Positions 27,747-40,927 of a DNA stretch of 64,000 nucleotides are shown here, piece after piece. Under the pieces are notes generated by a model. The model saw nothing but the letters and a program-made list of their open reading frames with translations, did not search any database and was not told where the DNA came from. Numbering within the stretch: the stretch's first letter is position 1; each line of letters opens with the position of its first letter. The stretch covers positions 45,632,001 to 45,696,000 of the forward strand of contig CAIIXF020000001.1 of NCBI GenBank assembly GCA_903813345.2, written 5' to 3'. The position numbers and the translations under genes are program-made. The DNA is from Owenia fusiformis. Taxonomy: Eukaryota.

Positions 27747-27984
27747 GAACTTGTGAAGCTTGGGGATTTGCATATTCTATTGAAATTCTTTGACAAAACA
27801 CACCTATAAAACACTGCAAAATCCCCCTTTCAGACAAAAAGATCATGATTAAAACCTCTTACTTTTACTGATATTAGATAGACAAGAATGGTTTGGAAGG
27901 TCAATTTTTCTGTAAATATGTTTTGACTGAGAAATAAAAAGATAGATTTGATCAATTTCAAGAAATATCTGTTTCTAAATAGCC

Positions 27985-28070
27985 TTAGAGAGTGACCAGA
28001 TCAGTCTGACCTTGAAGTTTTAACACAGGCCATCAATTTCACTTCCAAATATGGAGCTGTCAATCAAAAT
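27985..28070 (-). repeat. Dispersed repeat, inverted relative to ~1580-1665
   Basis: AAATTGATGGCCTGTGTTAAAACT.CAAGGTCA shared in opposite orientation. Confidence 0.7.
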
Positions 28071-28842
28071 ATTGAACTGTGTGGAAAGTAAAAGTTATTT
28101 TTAGTTTGACTGATGTGGATGATGTTCATCTTGAATTGTTCTCAAATTGAATTTCTGTAACATGCTCAAAATTTCATTTGTTAGCATTTAAAATGTGATT
28201 TTTAATACATATATGCAGGTCATAAACAAATCAATATTCATCTTTAAATTGTAGATATGCAATAAACAAAAATATCAAAATAAATACGTTATAGCTGGTG
28301 TTTAAATTATAAAAAAAGATCTATCTTAAAATTCCAAAATGAAAAGATCTATCTTAAAATTCCAAAATGAATAAAAGAACTATTTTAAATTCTAAAATGC
28401 ACCTGGATCAAATAATTATATACAAAAATAAAATGTGTAATATATATAAGTAAAAAAAACATACAGGATGAAGTTATTCAAGCCAAACTTAGTGAAGAGC
28501 TCATCCAGAATGAAAAACTTTCTTGTTCAGGAACAAGAAAAGCTCATCCCTTCACAGCTTGTGGCCCTTAAATCACAACAAAACATTTCTCTTTCAATAT
28601 TTTACACCAAGAGAAATCCATTCTTTATACTCCTTCTCATTGAAGAGTTTTGAAGAGCTTTTGCTATTAAATAAACCTAGACATGACAATCAATTTATTT
28701 TAATCTATTCACGTTCCGTGACGCCTCTAGACCCAACCACCATTACAGACACCAACTGCCATCATAAAAATGCAGACCATAACAATATGTCACCACTTTT
28801 GGTTGTGACATAATACATTAGGAGAGATATGTATGTACTTAC

Positions 28843-28914
28843 TATTTCTAAGAAGAAATCTACATGTGGCCTTTTATGTACAAAAAATCTCACTGGATGT
28901 CTGTCAATGACAAC
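28843..28914 (-). CDS. CTDNEP1: CTDNEP1 coding exon 4
   Basis: ttcag|[24 protein letters not shown]|gtaagt; 72 bp; not in the ORF track. Confidence 0.95.
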
Positions 28915-30317
28915 CTGAAAAACATAAAATGGAACTTTTAAAGCACACTATTTTCAAGGGCATCTTATTGTGAAAATGATAATTGCGTAACTTTCCACGG
29001 AACTGATGTACTATACCCATACCAGCACTGGCTTGCAAAAATGCTATGAACACTAATGATTGCATTGATCCACCAAGGTTAGGTATGAGTCTACTGAACA
29101 AATTGGCAAAGCCAGTAAAATAAGGGTCAGATCAGAAGTTTGATATAAGATTTATTATTTCTCATTAAGTTTCTAAATTGAAATGTCTTTTGGTAGCCTG
29201 TTTCTTTCATCCTTCAAAATCCACATTTATTTTTAATTAAATCTAATCTTTAGATATTAGTTTTAGTATCATCAAAATCCATATCAGGGGCAGAATCTAG
29301 CAGTTTACTTAGCATTTTCATGAGGTGGTTGTATGCTACTGCACATGGCTAATTTGTTTGGAATGAGAAATGGTGTTCAAGCTATCGTCCAGATAAAAAT
29401 TATGTGAGTTAGTAAAAACTGAAGGGACAACAGCAAATATTGTTGCTCATATCAAAATTAAAAATTGCAAATCGTGGAACCCCTAGTATCCCGGCCCTAG
29501 TATATAATAAATCTGCTAGATAATTTTGAGTTGCTCCCTCACTCTACTGAAATAACTACTTCTGTAATGATCTAATTCTCTCCTTAATTTACTCTAAGTA
29601 TTGCAGTTCTACATGCTACAGGAAAGGAGGTACGGATTCTGGACACCTGCAGGAGGATGCATGCTACGGCACTCTGACACTTTACAGTCATGATAGCAGT
29701 AAAAATGAGCCGATAAACTTGATTTTCATAATCATATTTCCAAAATAAATAAAAGTGGTATTATCTAATCTCCACATTACAAGAGTACCTAGAAATATGG
29801 ATTGGAAGTCTGAACTTCATCAATTAATTGATTCAAAACAAAATTTTTAGGATTTAAATCTTCTTCCCCTCATTATGATGTAAATACTGAAGGGATAATG
29901 TAATTTACAAGATAAATGTCACAAATTATTAAATTAACTTCTTATTTCCTTATAATAAAATCGGTTTATTTTACGCAAATACTGTTGCATTGAGCAAACA
30001 GAAAACATTAATCTGTTCATTACAAAATCACCATGGGGCTGGCTGAGAGTTTGCATCTGTTTTATGGAAGCTAATTAAACAGTATTTATAGGGATGAACA
30101 CAGCAGTCTGTATTCCCCATTTTTCTCAAATGGTTGAACCTTTCTCATCTTTCTTGTTTCAATTGAGACATGTTGAAATAAAATTTACCAGTATATTCAT
30201 TTATTTTCATGTTTTTCAACTGGGCACCTGTTATGAATTCTAAACTGGGAGAGTTGTGGTAACACTGTATGTTCCATTGACAAAGAGCAAAGGACAGAAG
30301 AATCAAGGTACTGTGTG

Positions 30318-30524
30318 CAGGCCAGTAGCCAGGGGGTTCAATGGGTTTGAGCGAACTCCCCCCCCCCCCCGGCCAAAAAATCTTTCAAAATCATGCAGTT
30401 TTTCCCTATTCTGAGAATTTTTAAGTGTTTTTGGCCATTTTTGGACCAAAATTGTCACAAGTGTACCCCCCCGGAATTTTTCAAAAAGTGAGCTCCCCCT
30501 TGGCAAATCCTGGCTACGGGCCTG
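30318..30524. mobile_element. Small hAT-like MITE
   Basis: TIRs CAGGCCAGTAGCCAGG / CCTGGCTACGGGCCTG; flanks GTGTG/GAGTG (imperfect 5-bp TSD). Confidence 0.7.
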
Positions 30525-30796
30525 GAGTGACAACTAAACTATTCATCAAAATTGGTCTACTTTATTAAATGGTACTGGCCAATATGCAAGGTTAATCTTA
30601 TCTAGATCTAGATCTTAAAACATTGTTCTGACTGGCCAATCTGAGGGTAATAATCTAGTAACAGTCTACTCATATATTGGTGGACTGTATCATCATTCCT
30701 TGATCTCAACTCAACAAAGCTTACAATGGAGGTTTACAACATTTCCAGTCTACCTCTGGAGGGAACAACAATTGTAGACTCCAAGTCTGTACTTAC

Positions 30797-30915
30797 TTTT
30801 AAAACAAAATCAGGTGGCGTGCCTGGTTTGACAGTTTGACGCAAGACACCATCATGATGTGAGTGTATCAATGTTTCATCTAAATCTAGAATCATTGTTT
30901 TTCTTTTTACCATAC
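30797..30915 (-). CDS. CTDNEP1: CTDNEP1 coding exon 3 (catalytic DxDxT motif)
   Basis: ttcag|(S)[39 protein letters not shown]|gtaagt; HAD/FCP1-type DLDET motif; 119 bp. Confidence 0.97.
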
Positions 30916-31519
30916 CTGAAAAGAAAAAAGGGATATTTATCAATATGTCAATCTTTCATTTTAGTGTACACTAGCATGTCTATATAACATTTGACAGTCC
31001 AAAAGTCCAATTTTAAGAGTGGTGTTTTATCTGTATTCTGTCAAATTACATTCAATCACAATATAGTACATTGCAATACTGCTCTTAAACGATAAAAATA
31101 CAACATATTTTACTATTAACTTTACACTAGAACATAAATTTTAACTTCCTCATGGTTAGGATTTTTCCAACTTTAGAATCTGAAGTTAAGATTACACAAA
31201 TTATTAAATTATTTTTAGTATATAGTACTATGTAAACTCGAATTAGAAAACAACAAAAAATATTTGTTTTTTCTTTCACCACTTGCGGATGGTATGAACT
31301 ATAACGGTCATTTTTGAATATCCCTCCAAAGCATAGAATTTGAAATTTCTCATTCAAGGTAAGCTTTTGAGATGCCACTTGAAGACTTTATACATGTATA
31401 TCTTATATGTTGGTTACTTAATTATATTCATACATGTGTCGAATATAACTTTAGTGTAAAGTTATGAACACAATTTAAAAGTGAAATCATTTCAATTGTC
31501 ATTCATATAGCTACCAATA

Positions 31520-31595
31520 TAATGACAGACAGATGGACAGACAGACGGCTGGACAGACAAGCAGTGAAAAATAGCTCATCCGTGTGAGCTAATAA
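31520..31595 (+). repeat. HINE-like end: (GACA/GACG)n microsatellite plus TAGCTCA...TGAGCTA hairpin
   Basis: gacagacagatggacagacagacggctggacagac followed by a short stem-loop. Confidence 0.55.
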
Positions 31596-34500
31596 ATAGC
31601 CCTGGATTTTGGCACTACAAGTGAGACTGCAAACCTATTATGTTGTCTAAAACCTCTTTACTCTCTTTACAAGGTTAGGTAATCAATAGCTGTCAATATT
31701 ATACAGTGGCCTGTTGAAGGATGGAGAGCAGTAAGAGATGAACTAAACACTGTACAGTAATTTTGATAACCAATAAATCATCTAGTAGCTTCTCTTGACT
31801 TCACCATGCTGAGACTACAGCAAGTATTCAGCATCAGATTTAGAAATGTACTCTACTCTTCTATAGCAATGCAGCTACTAATCACTAATGCACAGAAATG
31901 GCAAGAGGTTAACTGTGTTATTAAATTATCATATTTAGCCTAAATTAAGGTTTCAAGGTAAAAGGAACATGTAGCACAATAAAAGAGAATTTGGCTATAA
32001 TGTATAAGTCAATCTTATGCTTAGATGTATGAGATCCTTTCGCAAAAAACAAATGTAAATACAACAAGGCAGCAAAAGATGGTAGAGTATATTCAATAAA
32101 ATGTGCAGTAATGGGCTAGAACAACCTGGTTGATACTCAACTTATTTTCATTTGATTTTACATCTTTAGAGTCTCATAAAACTAGTCTCTCTATCCATTC
32201 TTCTTTTTAAAGGCAGTGAAGCAAAAAGCGTAGTATAAACATCCTCATAAACACATGTTAGATAAGATACCAGTTGTACAGGTAAACATAAGAGAACAAG
32301 AGATACAGTGTTATGTTTAGTTTGTATCTTATCTTCACAACTAGGGAGTACTTAAGAGAACTTCACTGACAAACATGTGGCTTGCATTATCATAATGGGA
32401 CATTATTTTAATGGTTGTAGTGTTTTATATTGATTTATTTTCAATACTAGAAATCAGCAACTCCGCAGAGTAGCAAATCCGAATGAACACTTCAAGTGAA
32501 TTCATACATATCTGTATATATGGAAACATAGTATTTACCAGCTACTCTACCCTTGATTTGCAGATATTAAAGATATATCAGAATTTTACCAGTTAAGCAT
32601 GGGTGACCATTTAGGAGTATCGAATTAACAAAAATTCCTATATGCCTACTGAACTTCTTTCATTGGGATTATAAGGGACTTATGGTCAGTACCAAGATAT
32701 TAACAAGCAAGGCATTCACCACCATTTGTCACAGACGCCAACCACCAATTACCAACCCACATCAAAAAAAATGGAGACCATAACAATATGACACCACCTT
32801 TTGGTGTGGCACATAATAAAAATAAGGCATTAACATGCCAAATGTCACCATCCATCATTTGCTACAGATGCAGCCTGTGGAATTCCGAATACTGTCCATA
32901 AAAAAGTTAGAGACTATAACAGTCCTTGTGTGTCACCACTTCTGGTCATGACATAATTACCCTACAGTTCGGTATATTGCCCTCCCCTAAAAGATATTTA
33001 AATGCAACATTTAGTATGATTAAATTTTTCAAATTAAACTCACTTCATTTTTAAAGATGATAAACATTTAACAAAATGTAATAGACTTTATAATTCCCCT
33101 TAATGTAATTTTTGAGGTCAGAGCAGAGATCGATAAACTGACCTCGTCCCTATTATTAAACCACTTATCCAATCACTTTACAGTGAAGTAGCAATGAACT
33201 TGATAAAATAACACATTGTATCCAAAATGTACATAAACACTAAACAGTAATATAACCTGTCTTCCCCGAACAGCATGCTTATCGACTACCTGTGTTAAAA
33301 AAAAAACTTTCAAAAACAAAATGCCTTTAAACGACTGTTACAGCATTAACTTGATATGGTATCAAAATTGCTATTTTTTCCAAAATGGAGTATTTGGCAA
33401 ATGACGATGATAGGTTAAACAGCAGAATTGACATAAAATGAAAATGCACACTACTCAATATGAATAGCAGTTTTTTTGTACCAGCAATGATTAAGGACCA
33501 ATGGATGGACAATAGACTAATAAGCGATAGACAAAAACATGGTCATTAACATAAATATCTCCCGCAATGCATCACTGCAAGTGGGACAAATTTTCATTGG
33601 TCCGTTGATTAAACCAAATTCTCCCAGCCTTAAAACCATGTTTTTGCATATTGTCGAGGCGATAAAGGTAATACTAATTTCAAGTTACAACCCTCATAAT
33701 TGATAAACATATATAAACATGTCATCAAACCCGCGTTATATATACAGGAATTTGCTTGTTTTTCATATTGAGTTATCGAGTCTCAGCTTCCGGGAACTAA
33801 AGTGTCAATAGAGAGCATTTCATGATTATCGTCAGTTTCGAAAAATATTCGTGAAAACGCTTGCAGATTTCCATAAGGACCTATATTTTTATCGATTGTG
33901 CAAATATCTGTGAAGAAGAATGTCAAATAATGCTGAAATGATGTATTCAAAATCGGACTCAGTATATTTCAATGGGGAAAATTGGAGCTCTTCAACAGGA
34001 GAGGTGAGAATATTGTTGTCATTCTGAACTTTCGTGTACACCTCTATTGCTAACCAGATCCCAAAATGTGTGATGTACTGATTTCAGAATCTCTTTACAT
34101 CAGATATATCATAGATCCTCATGTTAGGCAACTGATAACAACACACCCCAATTATTAGATTATTTCAAAGAGATAAAGCTCTCTTTTAAAGAACTATAGG
34201 TAGATACATAGTTGTATTTCCTATTTTTAAAAAAAGCCTACAGTACTTAGTGTGTTCATGATGCTAAGAATCACTTTCACCGTGTATGTTATTTACGAGA
34301 CTTGAACATACATAACTTGGTATTTAGATGCAGGTACAAGAGAAATATAATATCTAGCTAATTTAAAGAACAGATTTGGTTAGTTTTGCACCTAGCAGCA
34401 AGAACTAGGTTCTAGATCAGACTAGGTATTTCATAACTCTCAAATCCAACACTTGGGATTTTACAATTTCACAAGATTTCATAATTTTTCGTAATACTAG

Positions 34501-34596
34501 TATGCTTATTTTCATAGATTCTGACTTTTCCAGATCTAATCATCCTTTCATACATCGTGTATGTGTATCGTGTATACATGTGTATGATATACTTAC

Positions 34597-34663
34597 TTAA
34601 TCTGTGTTTAGACAGGGGTGAGAGAGGAAGTATTTCATAACGTACAGTCTGGTGCTGGATCAC
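34597..34663 (-). CDS. CTDNEP1: CTDNEP1 coding exon 2
   Basis: ttttcag|VIQHQTVRYEILPLSPLSKHRL|gtaagt; 67 bp. Confidence 0.95.
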
Positions 34664-35608
34664 CTGAAAAGAATAAAAGAATTATTATTTCAAATGCTAA
34701 TTGATTAGTTTTGATATCTTCATATTAAACTACTCATTTACATTTGTAACAGAAATCAGATACTGATTCTGAACTAATGTGATTTCATGAAAACAGTCAT
34801 AAAAAGCCACATGGGATAAAAAATAACCTTGAGCCCTCAGGAAATATTATATTGTCCCTCTGAATAAAACCCATATCCAATCCCTCCCAGTAAATAACCT
34901 CTACATATCTCTTCTCAAATTTTGTTCTTAAAGTTTTGAATATACAGTAGATGTTTTATTTAGAACTGTAACTCTGATATAAAGGTATTCCCTAAAACAC
35001 TGAACGAAAGAGACTAATGAACAGATATTTTTCAGGTAATGGGTTCTACCCATTGGAAAGCTTCACCCCCTCTGCATTTGTAGTAGGTTGGCTATAGACA
35101 TTCATTCATTTATTCATTTATTTGAAAATATGGGATGTATATCTCATCTGAGCGAAACAAGGATGTGAAAAGGTCATCCTGTACAGTATTTCAGCGCAAT
35201 AAAATGGGGAATCCCCTATTAAAAAACCCATGCATCACATCTGACATGTCTCCCTGTTAATCAGGGTGTATAAGTTATAAATATACTGGCTTTGAAAACC
35301 CCATTCCTTAAAAACCCAAGATGTATATATAACTGGAGTCCCCATATTGATCAGTCAGCAAATGCCTCCCACCCTGATCTGGTACTAGTCCTTTAAAAGT
35401 ACTTAATTTGATGGGGATCTAGGTTGCCTTTAAATATCAATGGACTATTTGCTATATATAACTGGATAAATAGATGGCAGCATGGCAGAAATTTACATGT
35501 TCCTAATCATAAGATACAGACACATATTGGCTTTTATCAAACAAACACAATCGAAATACTATTATGGTATTCTCAGTTTTCAACTTCATGAAGAGGAATT
35601 ATCAAGAT

Positions 35609-36138
35609 CAGGGCTTGCATTAACGGCGTCCCGTACATGTTAAGGACTCAAAAATAATTTGGAGGACGAAAAAATTGAAAATATTTCCGTTTTTCGACGC
35701 AAAATTTTTTTAGGTCAATACTACAATGTGTTTACAATGATACCTAACAAAAACAAATAATTATGATCTCTCACCTTTATTTGAATCGTAAATAAGGCTC
35801 AACATGTTGAATATTTACAAATAATCATGATTCTCTCGAATTTTTTCAACTTTGTTTATATTTAGATTTGAAACCATGACACGCCACAGTTTTTCCTATT
35901 CAGAAACAAATATTAGGTTATTCATGAAATAAAATGTATTCATTGTCGAATGAACGAACATGCATTTATTCAGTACGTACTTAACGTTTACTTCCGTTTT
36001 AAATTCACGGCAAGAAATCAAAAACTGAAAGGTGTTTTAATAAAACAATAGGGGACACACTTTTTTTTCAAAGGACACACTTTTTAAAAAAATTGCGTCC
36101 TTGGGACTCACAAATTTTCTAACCTAATGCAAGCGCTG
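35609..36138. mobile_element. hAT-like MITE with 6-bp TSD
   Basis: CAAGAT|CAGGGCTTGCATTA...TAATGCAAGCGCTG|CAAGAT. Confidence 0.85.
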
Positions 36139-37483
36139 CAAGATGCTCATAAAGGGCTTTGCATGTCCTCATTACAATGTAGTGGTTAAAGGGGTTAGCT
36201 TTCTTAAACCTAGACACCTTTTTTAGCACCATTTTTGCGGTGATTTTACTTGTCATTGCAATTCGCTAATACGAACAGAAAAACAGGGAAATGTAATGGT
36301 GATTGTATTTTCTGCTTATTAGTGTTACCCAGCTCTATAGCGCCATATAAGTTCACCTGATTATGCAAATGAGAAGACCCCATTGGTTTCCCGGTAGAGA
36401 AATCAAAACAGACGCGGAGATCTTCATTTTAACTATTGTTTCTTAACGTTTCATGACCAAACATATAGAAAATATTTTACTTTATAAAGATAGATTGTTT
36501 TTACTTTTAGGATTCAATAAAGACAGAGATTCTATGATTTATGGCATATTTGATCATGACTGTATTCACGCCTTCTATAAACTGTCCACCATTGCTTAAT
36601 CGTTGATTGGTCATACAATAGGTCACGTGTTAATACAGAGTGAATAAGAAACACAACTATTTAGTTAAATCATTCACTCCATTAAACTAGGTCAACGAGG
36701 GTGACACGAAGAGGTAAGATTTTTGAGAGATTTTTCCCACACTTTTGATATTTCATCAAATTACTTCTCTTTACACCAGATTTAAACTATTTAAGCTTGT
36801 AATATGTATAAGTAGTTTAAAGGCTGCAAAACGAACACAGAATGAAACTACGAATTATACGCAAACAGTCATACATGCCAGGGATCTTTTTGTAATCGAA
36901 TTTGGATAGAGACTGATATGTTTTTTTCCACCCCTGCAATATGTTAAGACCACCTCAAAACATAGAAACGAACGACATCCACTTTAAAAGTTCCAGGTAT
37001 CAAATTGGAATGTATGTATCATCCGACTAGAAAAAGCTTATTAACAACTTTTGAGCACATCTTTCAACTTTCGCCGGAAAGTTTGTGCAGATTTCCTTGG
37101 GCTACACCGATGAAATTGATACACTTTACTTTAAAATTAATTTTCTCTAAGATAGACTTGGTTTGGAGGCTGAATCCACAGTCAGAGAGAATGTTTCTGG
37201 CGAAAATTCTGGGACTTCAAATACTTTTAAGTTGGGAAACCGGAAGTGCTTACCTTTTTTAATTCCCGAATCTCACCGAATCTCTCCGAAATTAGCTCAT
37301 CTTGGTGACTGTAAATTGCACAGCTGTATTCAATGGAGTCTTGTCATATTCGATCAGCCTCAATTTTAAAGTGTATATTTTATTTTCAATGTGATTTCAT
37401 CGTTTTTTGTCGACTGGTAAGAAAACGCCGGGCAAATGGCAAGATGGATGACTTTTGACCTGACCTTGACCAATGGTGATCAC

Positions 37484-37680
37484 GTCATCAATATTACCAA
37501 GATGGCGGTTTCAAAATTTTCTAAAATCGCTTCAAATAATATTATGTTAATTCCTAGCGAGTAAAGATATCTCTTAGTTTGCTATTTCACAATAAGATAA
37601 CGAAATGTGTAAGGAATTCGTATTTATCAATTAAAACATCACATCGACATTTGGTATTCGTAAACTAGACGATGAAGATA
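37484..37680 (+). repeat. Dispersed repeat, homologous to 8004-8190
   Basis: ATGGCGGTTTCAAAATTTTC...TATCAATTAAAACATCACATCGA shared. Confidence 0.75.
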
Positions 37681-37688
37681 ACGACCTC

Positions 37689-37772
37689 AAAAAAAAAAAG
37701 AGCGAGTACGGGATTCGAACCTGGGCCTCCAGCGTGCTAAGCGAGGATTCTCCCTCTAGACCACCGTTATAT
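37689..37772 (-). pseudogene. tRNA(Ala)-like pseudogene or SINE head
   Basis: Minus strand: TGGTCTAGAGG (A box), CTCGCTTAGCACGC (AGC anticodon arm-like), GGTTCGAATCC (B box), then a T run; acceptor stem does not pair. Confidence 0.55.
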
Positions 37773-38654
37773 TACATATCTTGTTGGGAATTAAACGCTA
37801 CTTATTTTGAATGCTATGATTCGGAAGTGACGTCACGTTCTTCACGTTTTGTTTGAGAGCGAGAACGAGACGTGCCAGAAGCCCGGCTTTATTGTCAGTC
37901 GACTTGTTCAAAGTACATTTAGTAATAATTATCGCTTTTCAGAACAATTTAGGAAACAATATTTTCTATCTACGTCGATTACAAAGCATCTAAGGTACGT
38001 AAATTTATATGAACAACTGAGTCAATAGGGATAAATAGCCCAACGAGAGTCGGCGGTCTTGAAAAATACTTGGATCTGATGCCAGTCCTGTTATTGATAT
38101 AGTTCCAGGGCATTCGAAGAAAGTATTAGATGTCCGTGGCTGAATCTGGGCTATTTTTCTTTGTAGGTGGTTTTGACCTACCCGGAAGCAGAATTTTCAA
38201 ATCATCTGGAGTTATCCCTTGGAGTTATATCCATTTTTACGATACAAATCATATGTAAAAAGCTCTCTGTGCTTTAAATCAACGGGTTAGTTATACCAAT
38301 TCATTTTCATTTTGAGACCATATGAATATGAGAGCAGTGAGCGTGGTAGTAAGCTGTCAATAAAGCGGAGGAGTCAGGATGGAGCTTTTTACTTTCGTCA
38401 AGCTTTGACTTTAGTCAATATAGAGGTCAGCTGACTAGAATTTAGAATTTAGGTTCCAGGCCTCAGTTTCATTTTAGAATTGAGCTTCAGTGAGGTCATA
38501 GTTCAAGTGATTCAAAACAGCATCAAGTAATAATACAGCCCAAGCGAATAACTATAAAAAATACAATGTGATGTTAATTTTTCAATGCTGATTCTATTGA
38601 CCCGGGATTAGAAGACGTAATGATCATATTTGCATTTGAAATAATCGATCTTAC

Positions 38655-38753
38655 CGATCTTGCTTGTCTCCGAAGGCAATAGCATATGAAACTCCATACT
38701 TTGGCAGCGAACAGGAAGAAACTCCGAAGTCCCATAACACAATATTTCAGCAT
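38655..38753 (-). CDS. CTDNEP1: CTD nuclear envelope phosphatase 1 (Dullard), coding exon 1
   Basis: Manual translation MLKYCVMGLRSFFLFAAKVWSFICYCLRRQARS followed by GTAAG donor; matches the CTDNEP1 N-terminal amphipathic segment; 99 bp, phase 0. Confidence 0.93.
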
Positions 38754-39187
38754 ACCAGATCATGTAGTTTCTCCGGATTCCCCGTGGTCAAAGACAATAA
38801 GAATGATGAAAGGTTTAGTCAATAAACAGTTATTATTTTGTGCATCCACTATTTTCAAAATTTCATACCGCCATTTAATTTTCCCATGAGTCTTGGTCGA
38901 CTGCGCATTGTCATCGCGCATACTACTCGATCAACTAGTAAAACCGACCAAGCTTTCGCATTGAGACTGTGCGGTCCGTTGATTGAAGTTACCATTGATC
39001 CAATATATTTCTGATGGATTTCTGACTAAGTTCTCTGCTTTTGAAATACTTGATGATCAACAAATTAAAATCTGACCATTTATTGCAGTTGTTTACCAAG
39101 ATTTGAACTAGACCTAGGCCCGGACCTAGGCCTAATCGCGCTCGGAGCAAGATCATAGCCTACGGCCACACTGTCAAACTCCTGTTA

Positions 39188-39515
39188 TTTGTATCACTCT
39201 GGAAAATGGATCAAGAACTTGGTAAAAATACACATTACTGTTTTTTGATACTCCAGCAATACTTTCAAAACGGACGGTATAGAAACAAGGACATAAAATG
39301 ATTATTTTTCACTAACACGGAAAACGGGCCTCAACTGACACGTTTGCATAATTTACCCGTCCCAATGTTCATATTAGTCGGATCAAAATGGTCTGCATTG
39401 ATAAGTTACTGTGCAATTACAGTAAGCTTACGGTGGGGGTCAAAATACATCATTAAAGGTGTTCCAGCAGTGGCCCCGCTGAAAACATGAGGAAGTCCCG
39501 CTGAAAACATGAGGT
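39188..39515 (+). repeat. Dispersed repeat; a second copy is split into 48547-48720 and 54273-54380
   Basis: Shared GGAAAATGGA..TTTGATAC.CCAGCAATACTTT.AAAAC and ATTGATAAGT.ACTGT..AATACATCATTAAAGG..GGCCCCGCTGAAAA. Confidence 0.75.
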
Positions 39516-40177
39516 CCCATTTTACTTATTTTGTCCCACCCTTGTGATCATGTTGGCTACATGTAAGCTTATGGTCCCGTATTTACATGGATTCACGTCT
39601 CTCCAATTCGTGTCTTCTAAAATATTCTACTAAAACATGGTGGACTTTCCAACTAAGACTCATGGAGATCACATACTTCGAATTCCCAAATTTATCATCT
39701 GAGCTATGAACATTTTGAAGACATGCTAACCATTTAGCAAGATTCCTTAAGATTTGACAAAATTGGAGACCTAGTGTCATGAATTATTGAACACCCTTTA
39801 TTAACCCGCCATAGTTTGCACAATTGGGATAAAATATCCCAAATATACTTGGTTTTATATCAATTTAGTACTTTCTATAGTGACATCTTAGTCACATCTA
39901 GACTTTTAAGAAAAACATAAAATCCAGGACATTGAAACATGGCCGGATTAGACTATCACTTCATTCGTTCGTTAACGTATCAATTGTCCACCAGTGTATA
40001 GTTCAGAGTTACTTATATATAATAGCACATGTATAGTCCAAGTAAGATCATTACCCACCTGCTTTTCAAACAAAAATACACCACACGTTTCCGCCCCCTG
40101 AAAATAGAGTCCTTAATGACAAATGGAATCTGTCCTGGTTCCAAAGCACCATTGGAAAGGTTATAGTGTCAGCTTAA

Positions 40178-40927
40178 AGGCCCCATGTAAAGTTTAAACC
40201 ACTTTGGCTTATATTGTAGTCTTACCCAATGTTTTCAAAGTGTGATATGTGAAACTTTTTTTTTAAATTTCAAAAAGTGGTTTTTGATAGACTTTTTGTT
40301 CCAAAATTTGTGAATTTATTTAAAACCAACTTTTAGAGATCACTCATATCTTCTAATCAGCCACAATTAATACCAATGCATAGCATTCATCCTCCCATGT
40401 TTTTTGCCGAAAAAATTAAGAAAATCGGTTGATAAACAAGCGAGAAATGAACTTGCATGAAAATGGTTCTGAGAAAAATGCATTTCAAAATTTTAGTTCT
40501 CATAGAAACCAATGGTACAATGATATCTAAAACATAATTTATTCTTCTTTTTAACCTGGTTAGACAATCAACATTGGTTTTTTTATGAAAGTCTAGCATA
40601 TTTAGAAAAGATTGACATCGAAAAAAAAATTTCAATTTTTTTCAAAAAGTTTTTGTTACCTTAGTGACATCACTAATGTTTCAAAATATTTTTGATATGC
40701 TAAAACATTGAAGTGGCTCATTAAATATGGAATTTTATTATTGAAATAGTGTGTCCTTTGTTCAATCTTTGCATTGGTGTTAAAAATATAATCTTTTTTG
40801 AAATGCATTAAGAAATATTTGATGATTAAGAAAAAAATTTTGTTCAAAAATCTCTAAAATCACTTTTTAAGTCCTGACAAATAGGAAATGAATGATAAAA
40901 AATATTTTCAAACTTTAGACGGGGACT
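40178..40927. mobile_element. Kolobok-like non-autonomous element
   Basis: TTAA|AGGCCCCATGTAAAGTTT...AAACTTTAGACGGGGACT|TTAA. Confidence 0.7.

Noticed and set aside
36186..36990. Second Kolobok-like element (TTAA-AGGGG ... CCACT-TTAA)
   Set aside because: Terminal repeats match too poorly to support boundaries.
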